DNA of 64,000 nucleotides from Acidobacteriota bacterium (GTDB taxonomy: Bacteria > Acidobacteriota > UBA6911 > RPQK01 > JADFOI01): the NCBI GenBank assembly GCA_963663035.1, contig OY760074.1, forward strand, positions 1,600,001 to 1,664,000. Direction: 5' to 3'. Numbering within the stretch: position 1 is the first letter of the stretch; each line of letters starts with the position of its first letter. The notes below the pieces were generated by a model that worked only from the letters and a program-made list of their open reading frames with translations, had not been told where the DNA came from and ran no database searches. The translations under genes and the position numbers were made by a program. Shown here in pieces: positions 39,855 through 49,357 of the stretch.

Positions 39855-40066
39855 TAGCCGGGAGTATGCATAAATTTTCTACTGCAGTGCCGCAATCATC
39901 CACGCTGACTGCGTTGTGCGACCCGCAAGCGGGTACCCCTTGGGCTCCTCGGCGTACTGCAAGAGTACGCCTGCGGGGCCCGACCCGTGGCGGGTACCCC
40001 TCCCACGCCTTGTCATCACGGCGCCAGCGGCACTTCGTCACGAAAACCTATGCATACTCCCGGCTA
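39855..40066. mobile_element. MITE-like palindromic element, family A (inverted orientation, overlaps the nfo 3' end)
   Basis: TAGCCGGGAGTATGCATA...TATGCATACTCCCGGCTA; near reverse complement of the 31680 copy. Confidence 0.9.
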
Positions 40067-40916
40067 GGGCTCTCAGGATTTTCAAGTTTCTCCGATCTTC
40101 TCGATGAGTTTTTCCCTTGGGTGTCTCCAGAATCTTGGGAATCTGATGGAAGCGGCGGTCAGTCAGGAACCCGCCAAAACCAGAGGTCCCAATTTTCCCC
40201 TTTCCGATGTGCTCATGACGATCCACGCGACTCCCCAGATCTTTCTTGCTGTCGTTGAAATGAAAGACTCGCAGCTTTTCCAGTCCGACCACCCGGCAAA
40301 ATTCCTCCATCACTCCGGCATATTCCGCCTTTCCTCTGATGTCATAGCCTGCCGCAAAAATATGGCAGGTATCCACACACACGAAGACCCTCTCAGGATG
40401 GCGCGTAGCGGCCAGTATGTCACGCAGATGTTCAAATCGATAGCCAATGCTTGTTCCCTGACCGGCCGTTGTTTCCAAGACGATAGATACATTCCACTCA
40501 CTGCTCCTTTGGTGAATCTGATCGATGGCCTGAGCGATCCGCTTGATTCCGGCCTGCTCCCCCTCCCCCATGTGCGAGCCAGGATGGGTCACCAACAGGC
40601 CGACACCCAGCCGCCGGCAGCGGTCTAACTCATCGAGCAGGCCCTCAATGGAGCGCTGCCACAGCTCCTTCTGGGGAGAGGCCAGGTTAATCAAGTAGCT
40701 GTCGTGAGCCACCACCTCTTGAAGTTTCGACTCGGTCCAGGCCGTCCGGAAACTCTCCACCTCTTCGTCAAGGAGAGCTTTCCCCTTCCACTGGCTAGGG
40801 CTTTTAACGAAGATCTGAAGAACCCTGCAACCTGCCCGTTGAGCACGCTCCAGGGCCAGTGGAGTTCCACCCGCTATGGACATGTGCGAACCTAAAAGAG
40901 GACCGCTCTCGATCAT
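40038..40916 (-). CDS. nfo: Endonuclease IV
   Basis: GSHMSIAGG, HDSYLINL, ETTAGQG, DTCH, HFNDSK, DRHEHIG, ILETP. Confidence 0.95.
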   Translation of the reverse strand: MIESGPLLGSHMSIAGGTPLALERAQRAGCRVLQIFVKSPSQWKGKALLDEEVESFRTAWTESKLQEVVAHDSYLINLASPQKELWQRSIEGLLDELDRCRRLGVGLLVTHPGSHMGEGEQAGIKRIAQAIDQIHQRSSEWNVSIVLETTAGQGTSIGYRFEHLRDILAATRHPERVFVCVDTCHIFAAGYDIRGKAEYAGVMEEFCRVVGLEKLRVFHFNDSKKDLGSRVDRHEHIGKGKIGTSGFGGFLTDRRFHQIPKILETPKGKTHREDRRNLKILRALAGSMHRFS

Positions 40917-41005
40917 CTCTCCATCATAAAGCTCTTTCCCAAATCTGGCTGCATGAAATTTCTTCGATTGACCATCAATGCCTGAGAAAGCACAATGTGC
41001 ATCCG

Positions 41006-42478
41006 ATGAGTTATCAATACAAGGATCTGCGGTCCTTCATCAAGCGCCTTGAGAAAGAAGGAGAACTGAAGCGGATACGAGTGGAAGTTGATCCGGTCCT
41101 TGAGATTGCTGAGATTACGGACCGCGTGTCCAAAGCCATGGGACCTGCTTTGCTCTTCGAGAACCCCAAAGGATCAAACCATCCTCTTCTCATCAACGCC
41201 TTTGGATCCTACCGGCGGATGAATCTTGCCCTGGACGTTGAATCACTGGAAGAGGTAGCCGATCGCATCGAAGCACTGCTCGAGATCAACTCTCCCGAGG
41301 GAATGTTGGAGAAACTCAAAATGCTTCCCAAACTAGTCACGCTGGCCAGTTTCATTCCCAAGACCGTTCGCTCGGGAGTCTGTCAGGAAGTGGTGAAGAC
41401 TGAGGACTTTTCTCTACTGGAGTTTCCCATTCTGCAGTGCTGGCCACAGGACGCCGGCCGCTATATCACCCTGCCGCTGGTTTTCAGCAAGGATGCACAG
41501 ACGGGAAAACGCAACTGCGGCGTGTATCGAATGCAGATCTTTGACGAGACCACCACTGCCATGCACTGGCAGACTCATAAACACGGTGCCCATCATTTTC
41601 GGGAGGCCGGGCGTGTCAAGGGTGTCTCCGAACAAGAGAGACGAATTGAGGTAGCGGTGGCCATCGGAGCCGACCCAGCCGTCACCTTCTCCGGCATTGT
41701 GCCGCTACCGGAGGACATCGACGAAATGATGTTTGCCGGCTTTTTGCGCAGCAAACCGGTGGAGATGGTCCGCTGCAAAACCGTTGAACTGGAGGTTCCG
41801 GCCAATGCGGAGATTATCCTGGAAGGCTATGTCGAACTGGACGAACTCAGAGTGGAGGGCCCTTTCGGTGATCACACGGGCTTTTACTCTCTGGCCGAGA
41901 ACTACCCCGTCTTTCATGTCCAGTGTGTGACCCACCGGAAGAATCCCATCTACCAGACGATCATCGTAGGGCAGCCGCCCCAGGAAGACTGTTACATGGG
42001 CCATGCAGTGGAACGCATCTTTCTCCCTCTAATCCGCAAACAGCTGCCTGAAATCGTCGACATGCACATGCCCTTTGAGGGCATCTTTCACAACCTTCTC
42101 CTGGTCACGATTCGCAAGCGCTATGCCGGTCATGCGCGAAAGATCATGAGCGCCATCTGGGGACTGGGCCAAGCCATGTTCTCCAAATGCATCATCGTAT
42201 TGGATGAGGGAACCGATCTGAACAGTTACGGTGAGGTGCTGGGCAAGACACTGAATCACATCGACCCGGAACGCGACATCCAGTTCGTATTGGGTCCGGT
42301 GGATTCTCTGGACCATGCCTCCCGGCTTCCAAATTTCGGATCAAAGATGGGGATCGATGCCACTCGCAAGTGGCCTGAGGAAGGATTTCAGCGAGAATGG
42401 CCCGATGAAATCCTCATGTCCGAAGAAATCAAGGACCGGGTTGATGAACTCTGGTCCCAGCTGAAAATCAAACTCTAG
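41006..42478 (+). CDS. UbiD family decarboxylase, MqnL-like (futalosine menaquinone pathway)
   Basis: DLRSFI, MHWQTHKHG, EGPFGDHTGFY, LDHAS..GSKMGIDATRKWPEEG; start reassigned to ATG 41006. Confidence 0.88.
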   Translation: MSYQYKDLRSFIKRLEKEGELKRIRVEVDPVLEIAEITDRVSKAMGPALLFENPKGSNHPLLINAFGSYRRMNLALDVESLEEVADRIEALLEINSPEGMLEKLKMLPKLVTLASFIPKTVRSGVCQEVVKTEDFSLLEFPILQCWPQDAGRYITLPLVFSKDAQTGKRNCGVYRMQIFDETTTAMHWQTHKHGAHHFREAGRVKGVSEQERRIEVAVAIGADPAVTFSGIVPLPEDIDEMMFAGFLRSKPVEMVRCKTVELEVPANAEIILEGYVELDELRVEGPFGDHTGFYSLAENYPVFHVQCVTHRKNPIYQTIIVGQPPQEDCYMGHAVERIFLPLIRKQLPEIVDMHMPFEGIFHNLLLVTIRKRYAGHARKIMSAIWGLGQAMFSKCIIVLDEGTDLNSYGEVLGKTLNHIDPERDIQFVLGPVDSLDHASRLPNFGSKMGIDATRKWPEEGFQREWPDEILMSEEIKDRVDELWSQLKIKL

Positions 42479-42496
42479 ACTGACCGAAGACCGACT

Positions 42497-43855
42497 TTAA
42501 TCAGAAATTCCCCGACTCTGGAGGCGCCGCATGGCAAGATTGGCGGCAGCCACCAATTCTGGATCTGGTCCTGCCATCATTTCCTCAATGATGGGGACGG
42601 CCGACGGATCGCCGCGCTGGCCTATGATCTCGAGCAATCGGATCCTGATTTTCTGTTTCTCACTTCGCAAATAGGGATAGAGTTCCTGGATCTCCTGGGA
42701 ATCGAGTTCAAGAAGATAGTAATAGGCCTGATCTTGATCCAGTCTGCCCACCAGATCAATCAAGTGGTCCTCGCGCCCAAGCTGATAAAGGGCAAAACTC
42801 ATCGCCAATTTCACCTTGCTGGAATCTTCCTGAAGATATCTCCGCCCCACCTCGGTGAGGTAACTGGACTCGCCTGTGCGGCCCAAGCCCTCCGCTGCAT
42901 GAAGACGATAGAAATCTCGAGAATCCTGAAGAGCTTCCAGAAACAAGTTTTGGCAGCTGGGATCGCCCATGTAAGCAAGGGCTTCCAGCAGTTTCTTCTG
43001 CAGATCATCAGAGCCACTGACCGGCACGATCCCCAGAATCTTCTGCCTCTCTTCAACCCCTGACAGGTAGAGTTCTTTGAGCAGGGGAACAGCCTCGGTG
43101 ACACGCAGCTGACCCAACGTGTAGATGGCTTCATCGTGCACCTTCTTGTCAGTATCACGAACCAAGGGAATGATGGCTGGACCGGCAGACGGGTCGCCAA
43201 TCTTGTAAAGAGTCCGAATGAGTTCCACCTTGACCCCGTCGCTTGTCTCTACTGACAGGGCCTGTTGAATGGTCGGTAACGCCGAATGGGCGCGGAGAAT
43301 GCCGAGGGCAACTGCCGCGTCCTTTCGAATCCCAGTGTCCGCGGCGAAAAGCAACTCTGCCAAGACATCCTTAACGTCCTGGCTGACCGGAACGAAGGGT
43401 TCGACCATGAGGGGGTTATAGTCATCCCTGAAGGGATTGAGGACATCTGCGACTTTCTGGAGCCCCTGGGTAAAACCACCTTCTTCAACGACGTACATGT
43501 TGATGACCCCTTCAATGGCCTTTTTCTGGATCTGTTTTTCGGAGTCATGAGTCAAGCGGGTATAGGCCTGTAAGGCGCGTGTGTCGTTGATGCGCACCAG
43601 GGCTCTCACGGCCTCCAAACGAATGGACCCATCGGTGTCCCCCGTCAATTGGATGAGGCCATGTACGGCCTCGCGGACCTTGTTCTGCCCTAATACAATG
43701 GCAGCCTGCTTCCGCCGGTCGCCCTCGGGGTGCTTCAAGTCATAGATAAGCCCTTCAACGCTCACTTCCCGAGTCTGCTGTGCAGATAGGGGCAGCAATG
43801 CAGAAGCTGTCAGCCAGACAACCAGGAAACAAAAGAACTTTTTGGAGATCGCCAT
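42497..43855 (-). CDS. Exported HEAT/PBS-lyase repeat protein
   Basis: Signal peptide; repeated helical units such as RKQAAIVLG, RLEAVRAL, RKDAAVALG. Confidence 0.82.
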   Translation of the reverse strand: MAISKKFFCFLVVWLTASALLPLSAQQTREVSVEGLIYDLKHPEGDRRKQAAIVLGQNKVREAVHGLIQLTGDTDGSIRLEAVRALVRINDTRALQAYTRLTHDSEKQIQKKAIEGVINMYVVEEGGFTQGLQKVADVLNPFRDDYNPLMVEPFVPVSQDVKDVLAELLFAADTGIRKDAAVALGILRAHSALPTIQQALSVETSDGVKVELIRTLYKIGDPSAGPAIIPLVRDTDKKVHDEAIYTLGQLRVTEAVPLLKELYLSGVEERQKILGIVPVSGSDDLQKKLLEALAYMGDPSCQNLFLEALQDSRDFYRLHAAEGLGRTGESSYLTEVGRRYLQEDSSKVKLAMSFALYQLGREDHLIDLVGRLDQDQAYYYLLELDSQEIQELYPYLRSEKQKIRIRLLEIIGQRGDPSAVPIIEEMMAGPDPELVAAANLAMRRLQSRGISD

Positions 43856-43932
43856 TGAATGTACTCCTTCCCTTAGCCACTCAGATTAGCACATCTGTCT
43901 GACCACCACAGTTGTTCTTTCAGGGAAGTTAA

Positions 43933-44204
43933 GTACTCACTTTCATACATACGGTAATGTTTGTTGGGAGCGCGACGGAGCCCAGATCGAGACGCGACGA
44001 CGAGGCGATGTCAGGGACATCGGCGAGGAGAAGCAACAAAGAGATGGGCCCGTCCCGCCCCAACCCTTAGGGCGGATGGGGGTTGCGGGCGATCTCTTTG
44101 TCTCTCGTCGTCGCCGATGTCCCTGACATCGCCTCCTCCTCCCTTCGCGACCTCGCCTCGCAAGCCCCATCCGCAAACGTCACCGTATTTATGAAAGGGA
44201 GTAC
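43933..44204. mobile_element. MITE-like palindromic element, family B (diverged copy)
   Basis: TIR GTACTCACTTTCATACATACGG...CCGTATTTATGAAAGGGAGTAC; internal modules shared with the 23897 copy; also 272 bp. Confidence 0.8.
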
Positions 44205-44214
44205 CAAGGGCCTG

Positions 44215-44901
44215 TCAGGAAGGTCCAGCAGGACCGGCGGGCCCACCCTGAAGCTGGACAGTAAAGGGTCGGGGAGGAGGTGGCACAATCAGCTCGCGCC
44301 AGAGTTCGTCCAGGTCCTTTTCGAAGAGGGTTTGGGCGTCGGCACGAACCAGGTACCAAGCGCCCTGGGCGATCTCAGCTGCAAGCTGACCCGACGACCA
44401 GCCGGCGTGACCCAGGTAGACGCGCAGCTCATTTGTGCCTTTTGCCTGCTGAAGAAGCTCCTCCAGCAGCTCTCTGTCACCACTGAAATAGACATCTTCC
44501 AGCACATAAGTTCCTCGGTCGGGTGGCTCGACACTCCGAGTCAAAAGAAGTAGCCCGTCCAGTCCGACGGGGCCGCCGGAAAACAACAGATTCGACTCCT
44601 GGCCGGAACTGTTCAGGTCGGGAAAGAGATCAGAAACCGGCATCTTCGTGGCTCGGTTGATAATGAGCCCCATCGTCCCTTCTACTCCGTGGGCCAGCAG
44701 CAAGACCACGGTGTAGCGAAACTGTGGATCCTGCATGTCGGAGCTGGCCACCAGGAAAACGCCCTTTTCAGGAACAATGGGTTCCTGCACCAGGTGCCCA
44801 CTCTCCTTGGGAAGGGAGGGCATGCCCCAGCTGCCCGAAGCTGCTGCCAGCAGCAGGAGGGCAAGTCCCAGGACCAGAAGAGACGGATGCTCACGGAACA
44901 C
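44215..44901 (-). CDS. YqgE/AlgH family protein with an N-terminal hydrophobic extension
   Basis: DPQFRYTVV, GLIINR, GGPV, YLGHAGWSSGQL. Confidence 0.88.
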   Translation of the reverse strand: MFREHPSLLVLGLALLLLAAASGSWGMPSLPKESGHLVQEPIVPEKGVFLVASSDMQDPQFRYTVVLLLAHGVEGTMGLIINRATKMPVSDLFPDLNSSGQESNLLFSGGPVGLDGLLLLTRSVEPPDRGTYVLEDVYFSGDRELLEELLQQAKGTNELRVYLGHAGWSSGQLAAEIAQGAWYLVRADAQTLFEKDLDELWRELIVPPPPRPFTVQLQGGPAGPAGPS

Positions 44902-44972
44902 AGCTTGATCTCCTATTTCCTGTTTAGATCCTAAAGCTTTAGCGGGGTAAAAGGCAAGATCTGAGGAGGGGC

Positions 44973-45470
44973 TTAAGCCCCTGCTTTGGCAGCACTCAGC
45001 CTGATCAGGAATTTGCGGAGTCGTTTTCTCTGATCTCCCGCGACTCGCGAGAAGCTGAGACTGGCGGAGAGGGTCTGGGCTGCGCGGACGACTGCCGTGT
45101 CCACACGAATTGCGGGGTGTTCTCCCGGCAACTGCAGGTTGAGTTGCAAGGAGCTCTTTTCGGTCAACTCCAGGTCGCTCTTCAGGCGACAGCCGCCCAG
45201 AGCGAGATTGGTCACGACACCTTCTCCGGGAAGGTCATCCCATGAAAAGCTGACGGGCAATTTGGTCTGAAAGCGCCTGAACTGGCGACGATTAGTCTGC
45301 CTGAGGACGTAGCGGGTCCCCCATCTGATGGCTCTGAAACGCTGCCAGCAAGCCCTGCAGCGGTAGGGATAGATGTACAAAAGGCTCAACAGATAATCAC
45401 CTGCCCCTCCTCGACTGATGCGAATCGCCCCGGTTTGTTCGCACATCGGACACTGAGCAGACATCATCAC
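44973..45470 (-). CDS. PilZ domain protein with an N-terminal CxxC..CxxC zinc ribbon
   Basis: CPMC...YRCRAC; RRQFRR and NLALGG PilZ motifs. Confidence 0.82.
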   Translation of the reverse strand: MMMSAQCPMCEQTGAIRISRGGAGDYLLSLLYIYPYRCRACWQRFRAIRWGTRYVLRQTNRRQFRRFQTKLPVSFSWDDLPGEGVVTNLALGGCRLKSDLELTEKSSLQLNLQLPGEHPAIRVDTAVVRAAQTLSASLSFSRVAGDQRKRLRKFLIRLSAAKAGA

Positions 45471-45518
45471 CTCAACTGACTAGGACGCATTATGAATAAT
45501 CCTGGCTAAGCCCAGGAA

Positions 45519-45535
45519 AGCACATCCTGTGCCAA
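45519..45535 (-). promoter_or_regulatory. Candidate sigma-54 (-24/-12) promoter for the zinc-ribbon PilZ gene
   Basis: Minus strand TTGGCACAGGATGTGCT, GG-N10-GC, about 50 bp upstream of the start. Confidence 0.5.
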
Positions 45536-45775
45536 CTTTTTCAGAAGAATGGAGAACACGATATGAACTGCCGAAAGTCATTGACTGGTAGTCATTTGTG
45601 CGGATTCCGCTGGCACAAGAGCTGGCAGTAGGTGTTAAGATTTATGTTAACGATAGTTTACAAACTCATAGGAACTCGCCTCCGAAAAGACCATTTCGGG
45701 GGAACAGGAGCTATTTCTTTCCAAAAACTCTCTAGAGAGTCTATAATCGGCAAAGATTCTCTTTTATTGTAGGAG

Positions 45776-46420
45776 GTGTTCACCATGATCCAGCCTGCAT
45801 CCAAGCAAACGAGTTTACTTTTTATCTTCTGGGCAGCGGTGATCTGTGCCCTTTTCCCGACATCTCTTTTTGCCCACGTGGCCATTTTTCCACAGACGAC
45901 TGAGGCAGGGGCCCGCCACCAGAACTTTTACATCCGGGCGCCGGTTGAGAAAGACATTCCGGTGGTAGAGATGGGCTTTGAAGTGGATGAACGATGGCTT
46001 GAAAACCGGGGAAGTTTTGATTTCCAGCAGGTAGCGGATTGGGACCTGCACGTGGAGTTAGACCAAGACGAAAGGGTCCAGAAGGCATGGTGGACGGCAA
46101 AAGAAGAGGGAGCCCTGCCCGGGACTTTCCAGTTGATTTTCATGCGGGCCAATGTTCCTAGGACGCCTGGAGTCTATCAGTTCGTTGCTTGGCAAAAGTA
46201 CTCAGATGGAAGCGTGGTGTGGTGGAACGAAGTGCGAGGAGAAGAGGGCGTCACTTCCCCTTACGCTGAGGTGACGGTGGAGGCAGAACCCCTCTTTGGA
46301 GCTGGACCCCTCCAGTTAAGCGCGGCGGCTTTTGCCTTTCTGGCCTTGGCAGTTGCTCTCTATTCTTTGGTAAAGGTAAGAAAGCTGCTGGCTGCAGAAA
46401 ATTCAAAAGCGGATTCGTAG
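45776..46420 (+). CDS. YcnI/DUF1775-like membrane-anchored exported protein (possible copper binding)
   Basis: Signal peptide ending FA-HV, QKYSDGSVVWW, C-terminal TM; GGAGG SD. Confidence 0.72.
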   Translation: MFTMIQPASKQTSLLFIFWAAVICALFPTSLFAHVAIFPQTTEAGARHQNFYIRAPVEKDIPVVEMGFEVDERWLENRGSFDFQQVADWDLHVELDQDERVQKAWWTAKEEGALPGTFQLIFMRANVPRTPGVYQFVAWQKYSDGSVVWWNEVRGEEGVTSPYAEVTVEAEPLFGAGPLQLSAAAFAFLALAVALYSLVKVRKLLAAENSKADS

Positions 46421-46445
46421 CACGCGCACACGGTCATTTTTGTCT

Positions 46446-46778
46446 TCAGGTGTCTAGCAGGGGTACCAGTTGCTCCCGAACCTGTTCGGTCGAGTCCTGG
46501 AACTGTATGCCAATGGAGCCGACCTCTCCCTGTTCTACGGACTCCTTGACCGTGCGAATGACTCTGGAGGTCAGCTCTCCCCTCAAGAGGATTTGTTTTT
46601 TCTCAACCTGAAAAGTCAGAACAACCAGGGCGTGCTCGGGAGGGACAGCACTCAGCCGGACAATGAACGCTCCACCCAGGGAGAGATTAGCGATTTCTCC
46701 CCTGATGATATGGCCGTGCCAGTACACCGTGCAGGGAATGGATACTTCATGACGTGGAGAACCGCGCCGCTCTTTCAT
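46446..46778 (-). CDS. PilZ domain protein
   Basis: ERRGSPR, NLSLGGAFI, GIQF. Confidence 0.88.
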   Translation of the reverse strand: MKERRGSPRHEVSIPCTVYWHGHIIRGEIANLSLGGAFIVRLSAVPPEHALVVLTFQVEKKQILLRGELTSRVIRTVKESVEQGEVGSIGIQFQDSTEQVREQLVPLLDT

Positions 46779-46802
46779 CTTCCTTCGTGAATGCGAACTT
46801 TA

Positions 46803-47075
46803 GTGTCTCGTCCCACGAATACCCTGACGTTTGTGGCGAGCGCGACGGCGCCGAGTTCGCGAAGCGACGACGACGCGATATCTGTGTGTATCACGGAGGA
46901 GGAGCGACAAAGAAATTGATGCCGTCCCGCCGCCACCCTTCGGGCTGATGGAGGTTGCGGGCGATCTCTGCGTCGCTCGTCGTCGCCGATGTCCCTACAT
47001 CACCTGCTCCTCGCTCCTTGATCTTCCCTCCCAAGCCCCATCAGCAAACATCTGGGTATACATGGGACGGGACAC
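46803..47075. mobile_element. MITE-like palindromic element, family B
   Basis: GTGTCTCGTCCCACGAATAC...GTATACATGGGACGGGACAC; near-identical to 23897-24168. Confidence 0.87.
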
Positions 47076-47195
47076 TTGCCCATATTATAGCGAAACAGCT
47101 GACATGATCGAGCGGGGCGGCATGGGTGGTGTGCCCCTTCCTGAGAGCGCCCTCACCCCAGCGGCGCAGGGTATCCTGATACCCTGTAGCCTGCT

Positions 47196-47912
47196 ATGGC
47201 ACTTGTTGAACGGCAATGTTGGAACCCCCCACGGGCCCTCCTGACTCAAGGCAGATTCCTTTGGATCATTGCTGTCGTCCTGCCGGTGGCCCTGGCAGGT
47301 TGCGGTCGTTCTCCTCAACAACTCCCCGACATCCCTCCCACGGTCGAGATCAGCACCTCGGAGAGTCCAAGTGTGTACCACATCGTACAGCCCGGGCAGA
47401 CTCTGTGGTCGATCTCCCAAAGCTACGGCGTGACGGTGGAAGAAGTGGCCCGTCTGAACGACATCAAGGACCCGAACAAATTGTTGGTCAACCGGAGGCT
47501 TCTCGTCCCGGGAACTGGGGCCTCTGGATGGGACTGGCCCGTTCCAGGCGGCGAGATTCTGGCCCCCTTCGGGGAACGCCGCAGCGACCATCGCCACACC
47601 GGGTTGGACATTCGCGGCCAGGACGGCCAATCCGTGCTGGCAGTGCGCTCCGGTCGTGTGCTATACAGTTCCACAATGCGGGATTACGGAAGGACGATCA
47701 TCGTCGATCACGGTGACGGCTTGAGTTCCCTTTACGCCCACAACTCGAAACTGCTGGTCAATGTAGGCCAGCGGGTGCGGCGCGGCCAGCCTATTGCTCG
47801 TATTGGGCGAACGGGCAACGCCACCACCGAGCACTGCCACCTTGAAATCCGCAGGGGTGAGACCCCGGTCGACCCCCTCCTCTACCTACGGCCGGTGAGA
47901 CTCTACCCTTAA
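47196..47912 (+). CDS. LysM + M23 peptidase lipoprotein (NlpD-like)
   Basis: Lipobox LAGC, LysM HIVQPGQTLWSIS, HTGLD, YAH, HCHLE. Confidence 0.9.
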   Translation: MALVERQCWNPPRALLTQGRFLWIIAVVLPVALAGCGRSPQQLPDIPPTVEISTSESPSVYHIVQPGQTLWSISQSYGVTVEEVARLNDIKDPNKLLVNRRLLVPGTGASGWDWPVPGGEILAPFGERRSDHRHTGLDIRGQDGQSVLAVRSGRVLYSSTMRDYGRTIIVDHGDGLSSLYAHNSKLLVNVGQRVRRGQPIARIGRTGNATTEHCHLEIRRGETPVDPLLYLRPVRLYP

Positions 47913-48013
47913 GATCATGAACAACGGTCCACCTCAACCAAAGCCCCCTGCGCCACCTCCTCCAATCCCTCGACCACCGAGTCCTCCCCCCTTTCGTTCC
48001 AGCAGCCACTGCC

Positions 48014-48322
48014 TTACTGATTGAGCACGACGACCCCTAACCAAAGGACAGCTCCCACCACGGGAATCCATAGAGCCCAAGCTAACAACAACAGGCAACG
48101 CTTGACTGCATAAGCCCCGCCAACGAGTGCGAAGGGGAGAAAGAGACCGGCAGGCGCGACCCAACTCTCAGCACCGCTGAGGTAGTAGCCAAAGGGAGCC
48201 GCCACCAGAGCCGACACCACGAGCAGCACAGGCCTTCTCAAGACAATCCCAGCTGCAGCCACCAGCACGGCCATCACAACTGCAGGCCAGCCGAAAACCA
48301 CTGCTGGCCACCACTCAGGCAT
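48014..48322 (-). CDS. Small membrane protein
   Basis: About 4 TM segments; GAGGAG SD. Confidence 0.7.
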   Translation of the reverse strand: MPEWWPAVVFGWPAVVMAVLVAAAGIVLRRPVLLVVSALVAAPFGYYLSGAESWVAPAGLFLPFALVGGAYAVKRCLLLLAWALWIPVVGAVLWLGVVVLNQ

Positions 48323-48514
48323 TCACTCCTCCTCTCCAGACCGATCGTCGCATAGGCTTGAGGATAGCGTGACGATCTGTCATCAGGCAACGCATGAGGT
48401 CAATAGGTTTGTAGTGGCCGCCCTGTACCGGCCGCGGTGCTCTTGAGCCCCGAAGGGGCGACAGGAGGTTTCTCGTGGAAATCACAGACCTCCGCGATAA
48501 GCTAGAGCGTCCCC

Positions 48515-49315
48515 ATGAAGCTGAAGGAACTTTCCATCATCCAGTATCAGAACGTGAGCACTACCCCCCAGCTTCACAAGCTGTGGCTTTCCCTTGGTTC
48601 TTTCAGAGAGCAGATTGAGCATCTGGCAGCCAATGACTTCCAACTCCTGTCCATAGATGATGCCCTCAATACCATGGAGGGGAAAAAGAACATCACCAAT
48701 GGACGTCCCCTCTGCCTTACCTTCGACAACGGCTATCAGGACTTCCAGGAGCACATCCTGCCCCTCCTCACCCAATATGACTTCCCAGCGACGGTGCTTA
48801 TTGCCCCTAACCGTGTAGATGGATCCGTTGAGCTCGAGACGGAAAGCGTGCCCTATCTCTCCTGGAGTACCCTCCGGGAAATGCTCAAGAGCAATATCAC
48901 CTTCGGCGCCTATGAAGATCACAGCTTGGACCTGAACGATGTTCCCCAGGATCTAGTGCAGGAACACATTGTTGATTACAAAAAGATGCTGGAAGATAAG
49001 TTGGGAACAGAAATCCGCTATTTTGGAGTGAAGGAAGGGGTCCCCAGCAGGAAGATTCGTGATCTATTGGTCTCCCAGGGCTACCGGGCCTTTCTCACTC
49101 AGTGCCCCACAAACCGAAGACCGAATCTCTATTCAGTGGGAAGAATTCAGGTGGATGATGACGACTTTAATATCTTCCTGACCAAGATATCCAAGACCTA
49201 CCTCCTTTTTAAGGACAAGAAGAGCTGGAGATACATTCGAAAATACGGCCTGGACAAGGTTGCCCACAGATTGTCAGAGACCTACGACCGCTTGAGAGGG
49301 AAAAGCCCTCCCTAA
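48515..49315 (+). CDS. Polysaccharide deacetylase-like protein (degenerate active site)
   Basis: LTFDNGY, LPLLTQYDFPATV, LSWSTLREM. Confidence 0.8.
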   Translation: MKLKELSIIQYQNVSTTPQLHKLWLSLGSFREQIEHLAANDFQLLSIDDALNTMEGKKNITNGRPLCLTFDNGYQDFQEHILPLLTQYDFPATVLIAPNRVDGSVELETESVPYLSWSTLREMLKSNITFGAYEDHSLDLNDVPQDLVQEHIVDYKKMLEDKLGTEIRYFGVKEGVPSRKIRDLLVSQGYRAFLTQCPTNRRPNLYSVGRIQVDDDDFNIFLTKISKTYLLFKDKKSWRYIRKYGLDKVAHRLSETYDRLRGKSPP

Positions 49316-49357
49316 AACCCGCAGTTAGCGCAAAGAACCCCTCAGCCTCACAGGAGG

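Noticed and set aside
45610-45628. TGGCAC on the plus strand as a sigma-54 box
   Set aside because: The -12 position is GG rather than GC.
47918-48010. Pro-rich (+) or Gly-rich (-) low-complexity stretch
   Set aside because: No convincing start or SD; may be a gene remnant but cannot be supported.
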